Origin: Clostridia bacterium
GTDB lineage: Bacteria; Bacillota; Clostridia; Oscillospirales; Acutalibacteraceae
Direction of reading: 5' to 3'
Assembly (NCBI GenBank): GCA_017560255.1
Contig: JAFYOI010000056.1
Coordinates: 46,639-110,638 of the forward strand
DNA length: 64,000 nt
Below, one piece after another: positions 19,209-28,796 of this stretch (the stretch's first letter is position 1; each line of letters begins with the position of its first letter). The translations under genes and the position numbers were made by a program. The notes beneath the pieces are model-generated. The model was not told the origin of the DNA. It was given only the letters and a program-made list of their open reading frames with translations, and made no database searches.

Positions 19209-20902
19209 TGTCTGTAATCATTAACAAAACGGAGCAGGATTTGCGCCAAAGAATAGAAACAAGCATTAACAAAGCCACCGCCGCAGGCACTTTGCCGCAG
19301 GGTGAAATCGGCTCATTCAATATTGAAGTACCCGCCGACAGAGCAAACGGCGATTACTCCACGAATGCCGCTATGGCATCGGCAAGAGTTTTCCGCTTGC
19401 CGCCCAGAAAAATCGCAGAAGCAATAGTTGAAAACCTCGACCTTTCGGGCAGTATGTTTGAAAGATGCGAAATTGCAGGTGCAGGTTTCATCAACTTCTA
19501 TTTCAGCAACGATTTCTACGCTGAAATTCTCCTCGACCTTGAAGCAAAAGGCGACGATTACGGCAGAAGCGATTACGGTCAGGGTAAAAAAGTTATGGTT
19601 GAGTTTGTTTCCGCAAACCCGACGGGTCCGATGCATATGGGTAACGCAAGGGGCGGTGCTCTCGGTGACAGCCTCGCTTGCGTGCTTGACTACGCAGGCT
19701 ACAAGGTAAGCCGTGAATTTTACATCAACGATGCGGGTAATCAGATTGACAAATTTGGCCTTTCCCTTGACGTACGCTATCTACAGCACTTCCTTGGTGA
19801 AGAGGAAGTCCCCCTCCCCGAAGACAGTTATCACGGCGATGACATCAAAGAGAGAGCCCAGGAATTCATCGCGGTTCACGGTGATTCCTACCTCAACGCC
19901 GACGTTGCGGTACGCAGAAAAGCACTCATCAACTTTGCTCTTCCCAAGAATATTGCAAAGATGCAGTCAGACCTTAAAAAATACAATATTGAATACGACG
20001 TGTGGTTCAATGAAAGCAATCTTCACAACGGCGGAGAAGTTGCCGAAACACTCGAAATCATGAAGAAAAACGGCCTTACCTACGAAAAGGACGGCGCACT
20101 CTGGTACAAGGCTACGGAGCACGGCGGCGAAAAAGACGAAGTTCTCGTAAGAGCCAACGGCAACCCGACGTATTTTGCCGCTGATATTGCATATCATCGC
20201 AACAAATTACTCGTAAGGGGTAACGACCTTGCTATTGACGTATGGGGCGCTGACCACCACGGTCACGTTGCAAGAATGAAGGGCGCTCTTGATGCAATCG
20301 GAATTGACAGTTCACGACTTGACATCGTTCTTATCCAACTTGTACGCCTTGTTCGCGGCGGTGAGGTTGTAAGAATGTCAAAACGAACCGGTAAAGCAAT
20401 CACCCTGACAAACCTACTTGAAGAAATCTCCATCGATGCGGCAAGATTCTTCTTCATTATGACTCAGTCAACCTCACAGATGGACTTCGACCTTGACCTT
20501 GCCGTTGAGCAATCCTCTCAGAACCCCGTTTACTACGTTCAGTACGCTCACGCAAGAATTTGCTCAATCCTCAAAAGAATGGAACAGGAGGGCGTTGCTA
20601 TGCGCCCATGCACAAAGGACGAACTCCTTTTACTCAGCACTGTTGAGGAGAAAGAAATCATCCGTCACCTTGCATCCCTCACGGGTGAAATCGTTTCCGC
20701 CGCAAAGGCTTACGACCCCTCCAAGATGACAAGATACGTGCTTGAACTTGCAACTCTTTTCCATAAATTCTACAACTCCTGCAGAATTATGGGCGAAGAA
20801 GAAAGCGTAATGCAGGCAAGACTTCACCTGTGCCTTGCAGTTAAGAACACAATTAAGAACGTTCTAAAAATGATTGGTATTTCTGCTCCCGAAAGTATGT
20901 AA
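19208..20902 (+). CDS. argS: arginine--tRNA ligase
   Basis: 564 aa with class I HIGH-like SANPTGPMHMGNARG, an MSKRTG (KMSK-like) motif, and a DALR anticodon-binding C-terminus. Confidence 0.97.
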   Translation: MSVIINKTEQDLRQRIETSINKATAAGTLPQGEIGSFNIEVPADRANGDYSTNAAMASARVFRLPPRKIAEAIVENLDLSGSMFERCEIAGAGFINFYFSNDFYAEILLDLEAKGDDYGRSDYGQGKKVMVEFVSANPTGPMHMGNARGGALGDSLACVLDYAGYKVSREFYINDAGNQIDKFGLSLDVRYLQHFLGEEEVPLPEDSYHGDDIKERAQEFIAVHGDSYLNADVAVRRKALINFALPKNIAKMQSDLKKYNIEYDVWFNESNLHNGGEVAETLEIMKKNGLTYEKDGALWYKATEHGGEKDEVLVRANGNPTYFAADIAYHRNKLLVRGNDLAIDVWGADHHGHVARMKGALDAIGIDSSRLDIVLIQLVRLVRGGEVVRMSKRTGKAITLTNLLEEISIDAARFFFIMTQSTSQMDFDLDLAVEQSSQNPVYYVQYAHARICSILKRMEQEGVAMRPCTKDELLLLSTVEEKEIIRHLASLTGEIVSAAKAYDPSKMTRYVLELATLFHKFYNSCRIMGEEESVMQARLHLCLAVKNTIKNVLKMIGISAPESM

Positions 20903-20923
20903 ACAGAAACAGGAGGCAATACG

Positions 20924-21985
20924 ATGAAACTTAAAAGAGGCATTTCTCTACTTCTCGCGATTTTATGTGTAATCGCGCTTGTATCTTGTTCGCCCTCGGA
21001 CTCATCCAATCAGACCACGACCACAACACAAGGGTATACCCAGCCCGCTCAGACGGGCGCAACGGTCAGCGGTATCAGTGTAATCAACAACATTGACTAC
21101 ACACTCTATATCCCCTCTTCATACAGGGCCGGAGAAGAAATACCACTGCTTATGGCGCTTCACGGCGGTGGTCAGGGCACTATGGGCGATGCGGGCGAAA
21201 ATCGCAATTTCTTTGCCGATTATACAGGTCTGAACAAATGCGCTGAGAAATATGGATTTATAATCGTATACCCCCGTCAGTCAACAAAAAACCATTCCTA
21301 CGGTTACGACTATTGGAACTGGTACATTCAGCAGGCAAAGGATGCACGTGAACCGAAAGCGCTTCACGACATTGTTTCCGAAGTCAAAAAGAATTACACG
21401 ATTGACGACGCCAACGTTTATATCTGCGGGCTTTCCGCAGGCGCAGCGATGGCTCAGATAGTTGCGGTCAATTATCCCTCTACTTTTGCGGGTTGTTGCA
21501 GCGTAGCGGGAATTCCCTTCAAGGCGGGCAGCATCTATGAAGTAAACGAAATTCAAAACTCGGGCCCGACAATTGATAACGAGCATCTTGCAATCCGCAT
21601 TTACGACGCTATGGGAACAGGCAGAAAAATCTCAAAAATGCTTGTTGTAACAGGCACAGCAGACACAAGAGTTCATCCGCGAAATTCGCTTGCAACAGCG
21701 CAGACGTGGGCAATGGTTATGAAAAACATTGACAAGAGCGTTGACGATACACTCAAAGAGGAAACCCTAACGGGAATTGATGGCGTTGAGTACAAAAAGA
21801 GTATCCATGCCGAAATGGGTGGGGAAGAAATCTGCACTCTCTACGAAGTAATCGGTATGGAGCATAACTGGCCCGGTTCAAACAAGGGTATTTCAATCAG
21901 CATCAGCAACGGAAAAGACCTTGGCTACACGGGCGGAATCAATCTTAATGAAGTTATGTGCGAATTTTTCGGACTTAACAAATAA
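20924..21985 (+). CDS. PHB-depolymerase-family esterase lipoprotein (LpqC-like)
   Basis: Lipobox LVSCS, a Thr-rich linker, LHGGGQ oxyanion-type motif and nucleophile elbow GLSAGAAMA. Confidence 0.75.
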   Translation: MKLKRGISLLLAILCVIALVSCSPSDSSNQTTTTTQGYTQPAQTGATVSGISVINNIDYTLYIPSSYRAGEEIPLLMALHGGGQGTMGDAGENRNFFADYTGLNKCAEKYGFIIVYPRQSTKNHSYGYDYWNWYIQQAKDAREPKALHDIVSEVKKNYTIDDANVYICGLSAGAAMAQIVAVNYPSTFAGCCSVAGIPFKAGSIYEVNEIQNSGPTIDNEHLAIRIYDAMGTGRKISKMLVVTGTADTRVHPRNSLATAQTWAMVMKNIDKSVDDTLKEETLTGIDGVEYKKSIHAEMGGEEICTLYEVIGMEHNWPGSNKGISISISNGKDLGYTGGINLNEVMCEFFGLNK

Positions 21986-22012
21986 TCAACCAAATCGGAG
22001 GCAACACCACTT

Positions 22013-23074
22013 ATGAAACTCAGACGTATTATTTCAGCGTTACTTGCAATCGTGTGTCTTTTCGCACTCTGCGCGTGTGGCGCACAGCAAGATGACCAAT
22101 CAACTACAACCACAACAACTTCACCTTTCAAGCAGCCTGAGAACACAGGCGTTACGGTTGAAGGCAAGAGCGTATTCCACAATATTGATTACACAATCTA
22201 CATCCCCACAACATACGATTCAAACGTGGAAACTCCGCTTGTAATGGCACTTCACGGCGGTATGCAGGGCACCAGCGCAACAACCGATTCCCGCACCGTT
22301 TTTGCTGATTTCATCGGCCTTAACAAATACGCTGACGAATACGGATTCATCGCCGTATATCCCCGTCAGTCAGCTGAAAACCATTTCTACCGCGTTGACT
22401 ACTGGAACTGGTACAGTCAGCAAAACAGAGCTGACGATGAACCGAAAGCACTTTATGACATCGTATGCGAAGTGATGGCTGATTACAACGTTGACAGCGA
22501 AAACGTATTTGTATGCGGTTTCTCCGCAGGTGCGGCAATGGCTGAAATTATGGCTGTAACTTACCCCGACGTGTTTGCGGGTTGCGCAAGTGTTGCAGGT
22601 ATTTCCTACAAGGCTTGCGGCGCAGTTGACTCTGTGACAGTGCAGACTATGGGCCCGACAAAGACAAACGATGAACTTGCACAGGAAATTGTGACAGGTA
22701 TGGGCGACAAAAAACGCGTAAGCAAACTGCTTGTAATCAACGGCACGGCAGACGTGATGGTTCACCCCTCAAACTCCACCGCTGCCGCAAGTGCGTGGGC
22801 AATCGCTATGGAACAGATTGACAGCAACGTAAAAAGCGGCGGCAAATCAAGCACTGAAACGGGCATCAGCGGCGTTGAGTACACAAAGTGCGTTTATGCA
22901 AATCTCAACGGTGAAGAAATCTGTACTTACTACTCAATAAACACAATGGGACATCTCTGGCCGGGCGCAAACGAGGGCGTTTCACTTGACCCCTTCTACA
23001 GCACCGACTTTGCATTTACGGGCGGCGTTGACGCAAGTAAACTCATCTGCGAATTCTTCGGACTTGACAAATAA
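22013..23074 (+). CDS. PHB-depolymerase-family esterase lipoprotein, tandem paralog
   Basis: Same 353-aa length as the upstream copy. Lipobox LCACG, a TTTTTT linker, LHGGMQ and GFSAGAAMA motifs. Confidence 0.75.
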   Translation: MKLRRIISALLAIVCLFALCACGAQQDDQSTTTTTTSPFKQPENTGVTVEGKSVFHNIDYTIYIPTTYDSNVETPLVMALHGGMQGTSATTDSRTVFADFIGLNKYADEYGFIAVYPRQSAENHFYRVDYWNWYSQQNRADDEPKALYDIVCEVMADYNVDSENVFVCGFSAGAAMAEIMAVTYPDVFAGCASVAGISYKACGAVDSVTVQTMGPTKTNDELAQEIVTGMGDKKRVSKLLVINGTADVMVHPSNSTAAASAWAIAMEQIDSNVKSGGKSSTETGISGVEYTKCVYANLNGEEICTYYSINTMGHLWPGANEGVSLDPFYSTDFAFTGGVDASKLICEFFGLDK

Positions 23075-23081
23075 AAAACAA

Positions 23082-23126
23082 CCCCCTGCAGGAATGAACA
23101 AAGCCAACTTCCTCAGGGGCTTTTTT
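23082..23126 (+). terminator. intrinsic terminator after the esterase pair
   Basis: CCCCTGCAGGAA ... TTCCTCAGGGG followed by T6. Confidence 0.75.
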
Positions 23127-23138
23127 ACATCTATGCAC

Positions 23139-23167
23139 TTGCACAATCGCAAATTTTGTGGTAAAAT
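23139..23167 (+). promoter_or_regulatory. promoter (TTGCAC-17-TAAAAT, extended -10)
   Basis: TTGCACAATCGCAAATTTTGTGGTAAAAT. Confidence 0.5.
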
Positions 23168-23202
23168 GCTGTAATTGCAACTTTATAAGGTTGGAGAGAT
23201 AC

Positions 23203-24429
23203 ATGATGAAGAAGAAAAAGAATCAGAAAAAATGGACAAAATTCCGCCATCGGATAATCAGGAATCTCGCTTTCCCTATTTTTCATATTTACTCCAAATT
23301 GAAATACGGCATCAAAGTCGAAAAGTTCAGGGAGCAGAAAAAAGGCACACCGTATCTGATTCTTTTCAATCACCAGACCGCGTTTGACCAGTTTTTTGTC
23401 GGTATGGCTTTCAAAGGCCCTGTATACTACCTCGCCACCGAGGACCTTTTCTCAAACGGATTTGTATCTTCACTTCTACGCTATGCAGTTGCTCCGATTC
23501 CAATTAAAAAGCAAGCAACCGACATCACCGCAATCAAAAACTGTATCCGCGTTGCCAAAGAGGGCGGAACAATAGCAATTGCCCCGGAAGGAAACCGCAC
23601 TTACAGCGGTGAAACCTGTTATATATCCCCCGCGATAATTTCCCTTGCAAAAAAACTCAACTTACCGATTGCGCTGTACAGAATTGAAGGCGGATACGGT
23701 GTTCAGCCCCGTTGGAGCGACGTAACACGAAAGGGCAAAATGCGCTCATACGTTTCAAAAGTTATTGAACCCGAAGAATATTCCACAATGTCGGATGATG
23801 AACTTTTCGCACTGGTTGAAAAGGAACTGTATATTGACGAATCCAAACCCGATGCAATCTTTGAATCAAAGAAAAAAGCAGAGTATCTTGAAAGAGCGAT
23901 GTATGTCTGTCCCTTCTGCAAACTGACAACTTTTGAGAGTCACGGCAACGAAATTGAATGTAAGCAGTGCGGCAGAAAAGTATCATACGGTAGTGACAAG
24001 CAACTCAAGGGCATTGGCTTCGACTTTCCGTTTGAAACTGTTCTGGAATGGTACAAATATCAGGAAAATTTTATTAATGAACTCGATACGGGTAATTATA
24101 CCGAAACCCCGTTATATAATGATAATGCTCGCGTATCCGAAGTAATCGTTTACAAACACAAGAACGTTCTTCGCAAGTGGGCGGAAATTTCACTCTACGG
24201 TGACAGAATCGTAATTGACGAAAATACAAGCAATTCGCTCGCTTTCCCCTTTTCCGAGATAACGGCAATCTCCGTTCTGGGACGAAACAAACTCAATATT
24301 TATCACAACAAGAAGATTTATCAGTTCAAGAGCGACCGTCGTTTCAACGCTCTTAAATACGTAAACATATATTACAGAAACAAAAACATCGTAAGAGGTG
24401 ATACCGTTGGAAAATTTCTGGGACTCTAG
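23203..24429 (+). CDS. lysophospholipid (PlsC-type) acyltransferase with internal zinc ribbon and an uncharacterised C-terminal domain
   Basis: HX4D motif NHQTAFDQ and an APEGNRT block. CPFC...CKQC zinc ribbon followed by about 150 aa of unknown function. Start is at ATG 23203 after GGAGAG. Confidence 0.75.
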   Translation: MMKKKKNQKKWTKFRHRIIRNLAFPIFHIYSKLKYGIKVEKFREQKKGTPYLILFNHQTAFDQFFVGMAFKGPVYYLATEDLFSNGFVSSLLRYAVAPIPIKKQATDITAIKNCIRVAKEGGTIAIAPEGNRTYSGETCYISPAIISLAKKLNLPIALYRIEGGYGVQPRWSDVTRKGKMRSYVSKVIEPEEYSTMSDDELFALVEKELYIDESKPDAIFESKKKAEYLERAMYVCPFCKLTTFESHGNEIECKQCGRKVSYGSDKQLKGIGFDFPFETVLEWYKYQENFINELDTGNYTETPLYNDNARVSEVIVYKHKNVLRKWAEISLYGDRIVIDENTSNSLAFPFSEITAISVLGRNKLNIYHNKKIYQFKSDRRFNALKYVNIYYRNKNIVRGDTVGKFLGL

Positions 24430-25789
24430 CGTTTGGAGCACATTTGCGCTTATATCTGTACTGCTTATAAGCCTGCTCCTTGCAAACGTTTTGAAAAAAA
24501 CAATCAAATTCCTGCACGCTTCGCTGATACCGACGTCCGTTCTGGGCGGCATTATATTGATTATCGTTGCCGGAATCTACAAACTGATAACAGGCGAAGT
24601 TATGTTTGACTCCTCCATATTCGGCAGTAGTGGTACAACAAAATTAGAAATTATCACGTATCACGCGCTTGCATTGGGATTTATTGCCTCAACATTCAAA
24701 CCATCAAAGAGCAAGTTGACAAAACAGCGTTCAACAGAAATTTTCAATACGGGTGTTACAACCGTTTCCACGTATCTTATTCAGGCAATTGTCGGATTCG
24801 GTATAACGATAATTGCTTCTTTCATTCTCAATGATTTTTTCAAATCCGCCGGTGTACTGCTCCCCTTCGGCTACGGTCAAGGCCCCGGTCAAGCGCTCAA
24901 TTACGGCGGTATTTATGAGAACGAATTCGGTTTTGTCGGTGGTAAAACTTTTGGCCTTACAATCGCGGCGCTCGGCTTCCTCAGTGCAAGTATTGGCGGC
25001 GTTATCCACCTCAATATTATCAAAAAGCGTGGCAAAATTGTTATCAAGCCCAATGATAAGAGATTGCGTTCTGAGGATATTGAGTCCGAAAACGAAATTC
25101 CGATGCAGGAAAGTATTGACAAACTTACAATTCAAGTGGCTTTGATTGCAGTTGCTTACCTGTTTGCATACGGGCTTATGTTCCTGCTCGGTCTGTTACT
25201 CCCCGGTATGAAGTCTGTTATCTACGGTTTCAACTTCCTCCTCGGCGTAATTACTGCAACGCTTATCAAACTCATTCTCAACTTCCTCAACAAGAAAAAA
25301 ATCATCAAAAAAGAATATACCAACGATTTTCTGATGACCCGCACCAGCAACTTTTTCTTTGACATTATGGTTGTTGCAAGTATTGCGGCTATCCGCCTTG
25401 ACATACTTGAGAAATACTGGGGTATTATGCTTATACTCGGAACTACGGGACTTATTATCACTTATTTTTACAATCGTCTGGTCGCAAAGAAATTGTTCCA
25501 GAATTATACGGAAGAACAGTTCCTTATGATGTACGGTATGCTCACAGGTACGGCAAGTACGGGCGTAATCCTGCTTCGAGAAATTGACGGCAACTTCGAA
25601 ACACCAGCATCGGAAAATCTTGTTTATCAGAATTTCCCCGCAATCGTGTTCGGCTTCCCGATGATGCTTCTGGCAACACTCGCACCGAAACAGCCGTATC
25701 TCACTCTTATAATTCTGGTGTTGTTCTTTGCGGTTATGAATATCATTCTGTTCAGAAGTTTCATCTTCAAAAAGAGAAAAAGCAAATAA
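24398..25789 (+). CDS. sodium/glutamate symporter family (GltS/ESS-like) membrane transporter
   Basis: 463 aa with about 10-12 TM segments and GltS-like N-terminal organisation. The start is uncertain (GTG 24398 or TTG 24407), and it overlaps the upstream gene. Confidence 0.55.
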   Translation: MIPLENFWDSSVWSTFALISVLLISLLLANVLKKTIKFLHASLIPTSVLGGIILIIVAGIYKLITGEVMFDSSIFGSSGTTKLEIITYHALALGFIASTFKPSKSKLTKQRSTEIFNTGVTTVSTYLIQAIVGFGITIIASFILNDFFKSAGVLLPFGYGQGPGQALNYGGIYENEFGFVGGKTFGLTIAALGFLSASIGGVIHLNIIKKRGKIVIKPNDKRLRSEDIESENEIPMQESIDKLTIQVALIAVAYLFAYGLMFLLGLLLPGMKSVIYGFNFLLGVITATLIKLILNFLNKKKIIKKEYTNDFLMTRTSNFFFDIMVVASIAAIRLDILEKYWGIMLILGTTGLIITYFYNRLVAKKLFQNYTEEQFLMMYGMLTGTASTGVILLREIDGNFETPASENLVYQNFPAIVFGFPMMLLATLAPKQPYLTLIILVLFFAVMNIILFRSFIFKKRKSK

Positions 25790-25794
25790 ATTTT

Positions 25795-25831
25795 ATTCCT
25801 CCTTCTACAGACTGAAGGAGGAATTTTTTTG
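25795..25831 (+). terminator. intrinsic terminator
   Basis: ATTCCTCCTTC / GAAGGAGGAAT stem followed by T7. Confidence 0.85.
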
Positions 25832-25901
25832 TTACAATCAACAACTTGTCTCCGTTTTTTTGTTCACCATTTCATACGCCAATAAAATTTGTCGTTGGGT
25901 A

Positions 25902-25930
25902 TTGAAATTTGGTTGTATTTGGGGTAATAT
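25902..25930 (+). promoter_or_regulatory. pduL promoter (TTGAAA-17-TAATAT)
   Basis: TTGAAATTTGGTTGTATTTGGGGTAATAT. Confidence 0.45.
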
Positions 25931-25991
25931 ATGGTGTGGTACTTATATATTAGTATTTATTTACAATATTTACTCAGGAGGATTTTTAGTT

Positions 25992-26567
25992 ATGAAAAAG
26001 ACAGTTTTGGTTGAAACATCCGCAAGACATATCCATCTCAGCAAACAGGACCTTGAGACACTTTTTGGTGCAGGTTACGAACTCACCTACGTTAAGGAAC
26101 TTTCTCAGCCCGGTCAGTACGCTTGTAAAGAAAGAGTTACAGTTGTTGGCCCGAAGAGAACTCTTGAGAACGTTTCCATCCTTGGTCCCACAAGAAACGC
26201 TACTCAGGTTGAACTTTCTCTCACAGACGCTCGCTCCATCGGTTGCGCTTCTCCCATCAGAGAGTCCGGCGACATCGAGGGCAGCGGTGCTTGCAAACTC
26301 GTTGGCCCTGCAGGCGAAGTTGAAATTCCCTGCGGCGTAATCGCAGCAAAGAGACATATACACTGCACCCCCGAGGATGCTGAAAAGTACGGTCTCACAG
26401 ACAAGCAGATCGTTTCCGTTAAAATTGACTGTGAAGGCAGAAGCATCACTTTCGGCGACGTTGTAGTAAGAGTTAACCCCACATACGCACTCGCTATGCA
26501 TATTGACACGGACGAGTCCAATGCAGGCAGTGTTGTTTCCGGCACAATGGGCGAAATTCTCGCTTAA
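25992..26567 (+). CDS. pduL: phosphate propanoyl/acetyl-transferase, PduL family
   Basis: The two-repeat PduL pattern (ETSARHIHLS ... AAKRHIHCTPEDA). Start is at ATG 25992 after GGAGGA; the track ORF's N-terminal 44 aa are spurious. Confidence 0.88.
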   Translation: MKKTVLVETSARHIHLSKQDLETLFGAGYELTYVKELSQPGQYACKERVTVVGPKRTLENVSILGPTRNATQVELSLTDARSIGCASPIRESGDIEGSGACKLVGPAGEVEIPCGVIAAKRHIHCTPEDAEKYGLTDKQIVSVKIDCEGRSITFGDVVVRVNPTYALAMHIDTDESNAGSVVSGTMGEILA

Positions 26568-26618
26568 TTACTGCAATCAAGTCTTACTTTATACGTATTT
26601 TCCCGGAGGAAGAGAGTT

Positions 26619-27893
26619 TTGGAAAGAATCATTATCAACGGCGGCATACCCCTCAGGGGTGAGGTGTCCATCTGCGGTGCAAAAAATTCCGTGGTGGGCC
26701 TTCTTCCTGCTGCACTTCTCGCAGAGGAGGGCGTGTGCGTAATTGAAAACATTCCCGGTATCAGCGACGTTTCAATGATGTTTTCAATCCTTGAAAGCCT
26801 TGGTGCAAAGGTAAGAAACATCAACGCGAACACCGTTGAAATCGACTCCACTAATATTACCGCAAACGTCGTCCCTTATGAAATGTCCAAAAGTCTCAGA
26901 GCCTCCTATTATTTTCTCGGCGCTCTGTTGGGACGTTTTCAGAATGCACACGTTGCAATGCCCGGCGGTTGCGATTTCGGCACAAGACCGATTGACCAGC
27001 ACATAAAGAGTTTTGAGGCTCTTGGTGCAACGATTGTAACTGACGACGAAATGGTCGTTCACGCCACTGCGGATAAACTCATTGGAAGCACAGTCTATAT
27101 GGACGTTGTTTCCGTCGGCGCAACAATAAACGCGATGCTCACTGCCGTAAAGGCAAAGGGGCTGACCGTAATTGAAAACGCCGCAAGAGAGCCGCACATT
27201 GTTGACATTGCAAACTTTCTCAATGCGATGGGTGCAAACATCAGGGGCGCAGGTACAGACACAATAAAAATCAACGGCGTTGACAAACTTCACGGTTGCT
27301 CATATTCCGTTGTTCCGGACCAGATTGAAGCGGGTACATATATGGCGGCAGTTGTTGCAACGGGCGGCAAGGCGCTTATCAAAAACGTCACCCCCAAGCA
27401 CCTTGAATCCATTATGGCAAAACTCATTGAGTGCGGCGCAACAATTGAGGAGTACGATGACTCCCTCCTCATCAGCCGTGAAAAACCGCTTGTCCGTTGT
27501 AACGTAAAGACAATGCCCCACCCCGGATTCCCGACCGATATGCAGCCGCAGTTTACTGCGCTGTTGTCAGTTGCTTCAGGTGTCAGCGTTGTCACCGAAA
27601 GCGTTTGGGACAACCGTTACAGATACGTTGAGCAACTCATTAATATGGGTGCGCAAATCAGCGTTGACGGCAGTATTGCCACTGTTACGGGCGTGGAAAA
27701 ACTTCGCGGAACAAGGGTCGGCGCAACCGACCTTCGCGCAGGTGCTGCGCTTATAATTGCGGGTCTTTGCGCAGAAGGCACAACGACGATTGAAAAGATT
27801 GAATATATTGAGCGCGGCTATGAGAATATTGTTGAAAAGTTCAGCGCTTTGGGCGCGGACATAAAACGCGTTTCAATTCCCGATAACGAATAG
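26619..27893 (+). CDS. murA: UDP-N-acetylglucosamine 1-carboxyvinyltransferase
   Basis: 424 aa reading ERIIINGGIPLRGEVSICGAKNS..., with the catalytic-loop GCDFGTRPIDQH. TTG start after GGAGGAAGAG. Confidence 0.96.
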   Translation: MERIIINGGIPLRGEVSICGAKNSVVGLLPAALLAEEGVCVIENIPGISDVSMMFSILESLGAKVRNINANTVEIDSTNITANVVPYEMSKSLRASYYFLGALLGRFQNAHVAMPGGCDFGTRPIDQHIKSFEALGATIVTDDEMVVHATADKLIGSTVYMDVVSVGATINAMLTAVKAKGLTVIENAAREPHIVDIANFLNAMGANIRGAGTDTIKINGVDKLHGCSYSVVPDQIEAGTYMAAVVATGGKALIKNVTPKHLESIMAKLIECGATIEEYDDSLLISREKPLVRCNVKTMPHPGFPTDMQPQFTALLSVASGVSVVTESVWDNRYRYVEQLINMGAQISVDGSIATVTGVEKLRGTRVGATDLRAGAALIIAGLCAEGTTTIEKIEYIERGYENIVEKFSALGADIKRVSIPDNE

Positions 27894-27990
27894 TTACACA
27901 TTATGAGAGCATTGACTGAGCGTTTTACAAGGTCTTTGCTCTTGTTTTTTGTATACCATATTATATATATAACGGAAAGGGCGGCAGATT

Positions 27991-28782
27991 TTGGCTCGTT
28001 TTTCTACTCTATACAGTTCAAGTAAAGGCAACTGCGTTTTTATCGGCGCCTCGGGTGGCTCGATTCTGATTGATGCCGGTGTCAGCGCGAAGAAAATTGA
28101 ATATGCATTGACTGAAATCGGAGAAGATGCCCGCAATATTCAAGCGATTTTTGTAACGCACGAGCATACCGACCACATAGGCGGCCTTAAAGCGTTTGCG
28201 GGACGTTACGGCATAAAGGTCTTTTCCTCCGCAGGTACGCTGTCTGCTTTGGCGGATAGCAACGTTCTTGACAGACGTTTTGATGCTTGTCCGATAGATA
28301 TTAACGGCGTTGAGACTGCGGGAATGAAGATTGTTCCTTTTAACACCTGCCACGACTGTAATGAGGGTTTCGGATATGTTATCCATACACCCGATGAGCG
28401 AAAAATTGCCGTTGCAACCGACCTTGGAAATTACAGCGAAGAAATAAGCCGTGCAATCAGCGGATGCGATCTTGTTATGATTGAGTCGAATTATGACCGC
28501 AAAATGCTGATGAACGGGCCGTATCCGTACAGCCTCAAATGCAGAATTATTTCCGAAGAAGGTCATTTGTCAAACGACGAGTGTGCACAGGCAAGCCGTC
28601 AATTACTTGACAGCGGCACGACCCGCTTTGTTCTTGGTCACATCAGCGCCGAAAACAACCTACCCGAACTTGCATACAACACATCACTGAACGCGCTTTG
28701 CGGTGCGGGCGCTGCGCTCGGTTGCGACTTCACTCTTGAAACCGCACCAAGACTTGCACCAATGAAAAAGATTATTTTTTAA
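27991..28782 (+). CDS. MBL-fold metallo-hydrolase (YycJ/WalJ-like)
   Basis: THEHTDHIGG motif and 263 aa. Lies upstream of rlmH, as in many Firmicutes. Confidence 0.8.
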   Translation: MARFSTLYSSSKGNCVFIGASGGSILIDAGVSAKKIEYALTEIGEDARNIQAIFVTHEHTDHIGGLKAFAGRYGIKVFSSAGTLSALADSNVLDRRFDACPIDINGVETAGMKIVPFNTCHDCNEGFGYVIHTPDERKIAVATDLGNYSEEISRAISGCDLVMIESNYDRKMLMNGPYPYSLKCRIISEEGHLSNDECAQASRQLLDSGTTRFVLGHISAENNLPELAYNTSLNALCGAGAALGCDFTLETAPRLAPMKKIIF

Positions 28783-28796
28783 TCGGAGAATATTCT

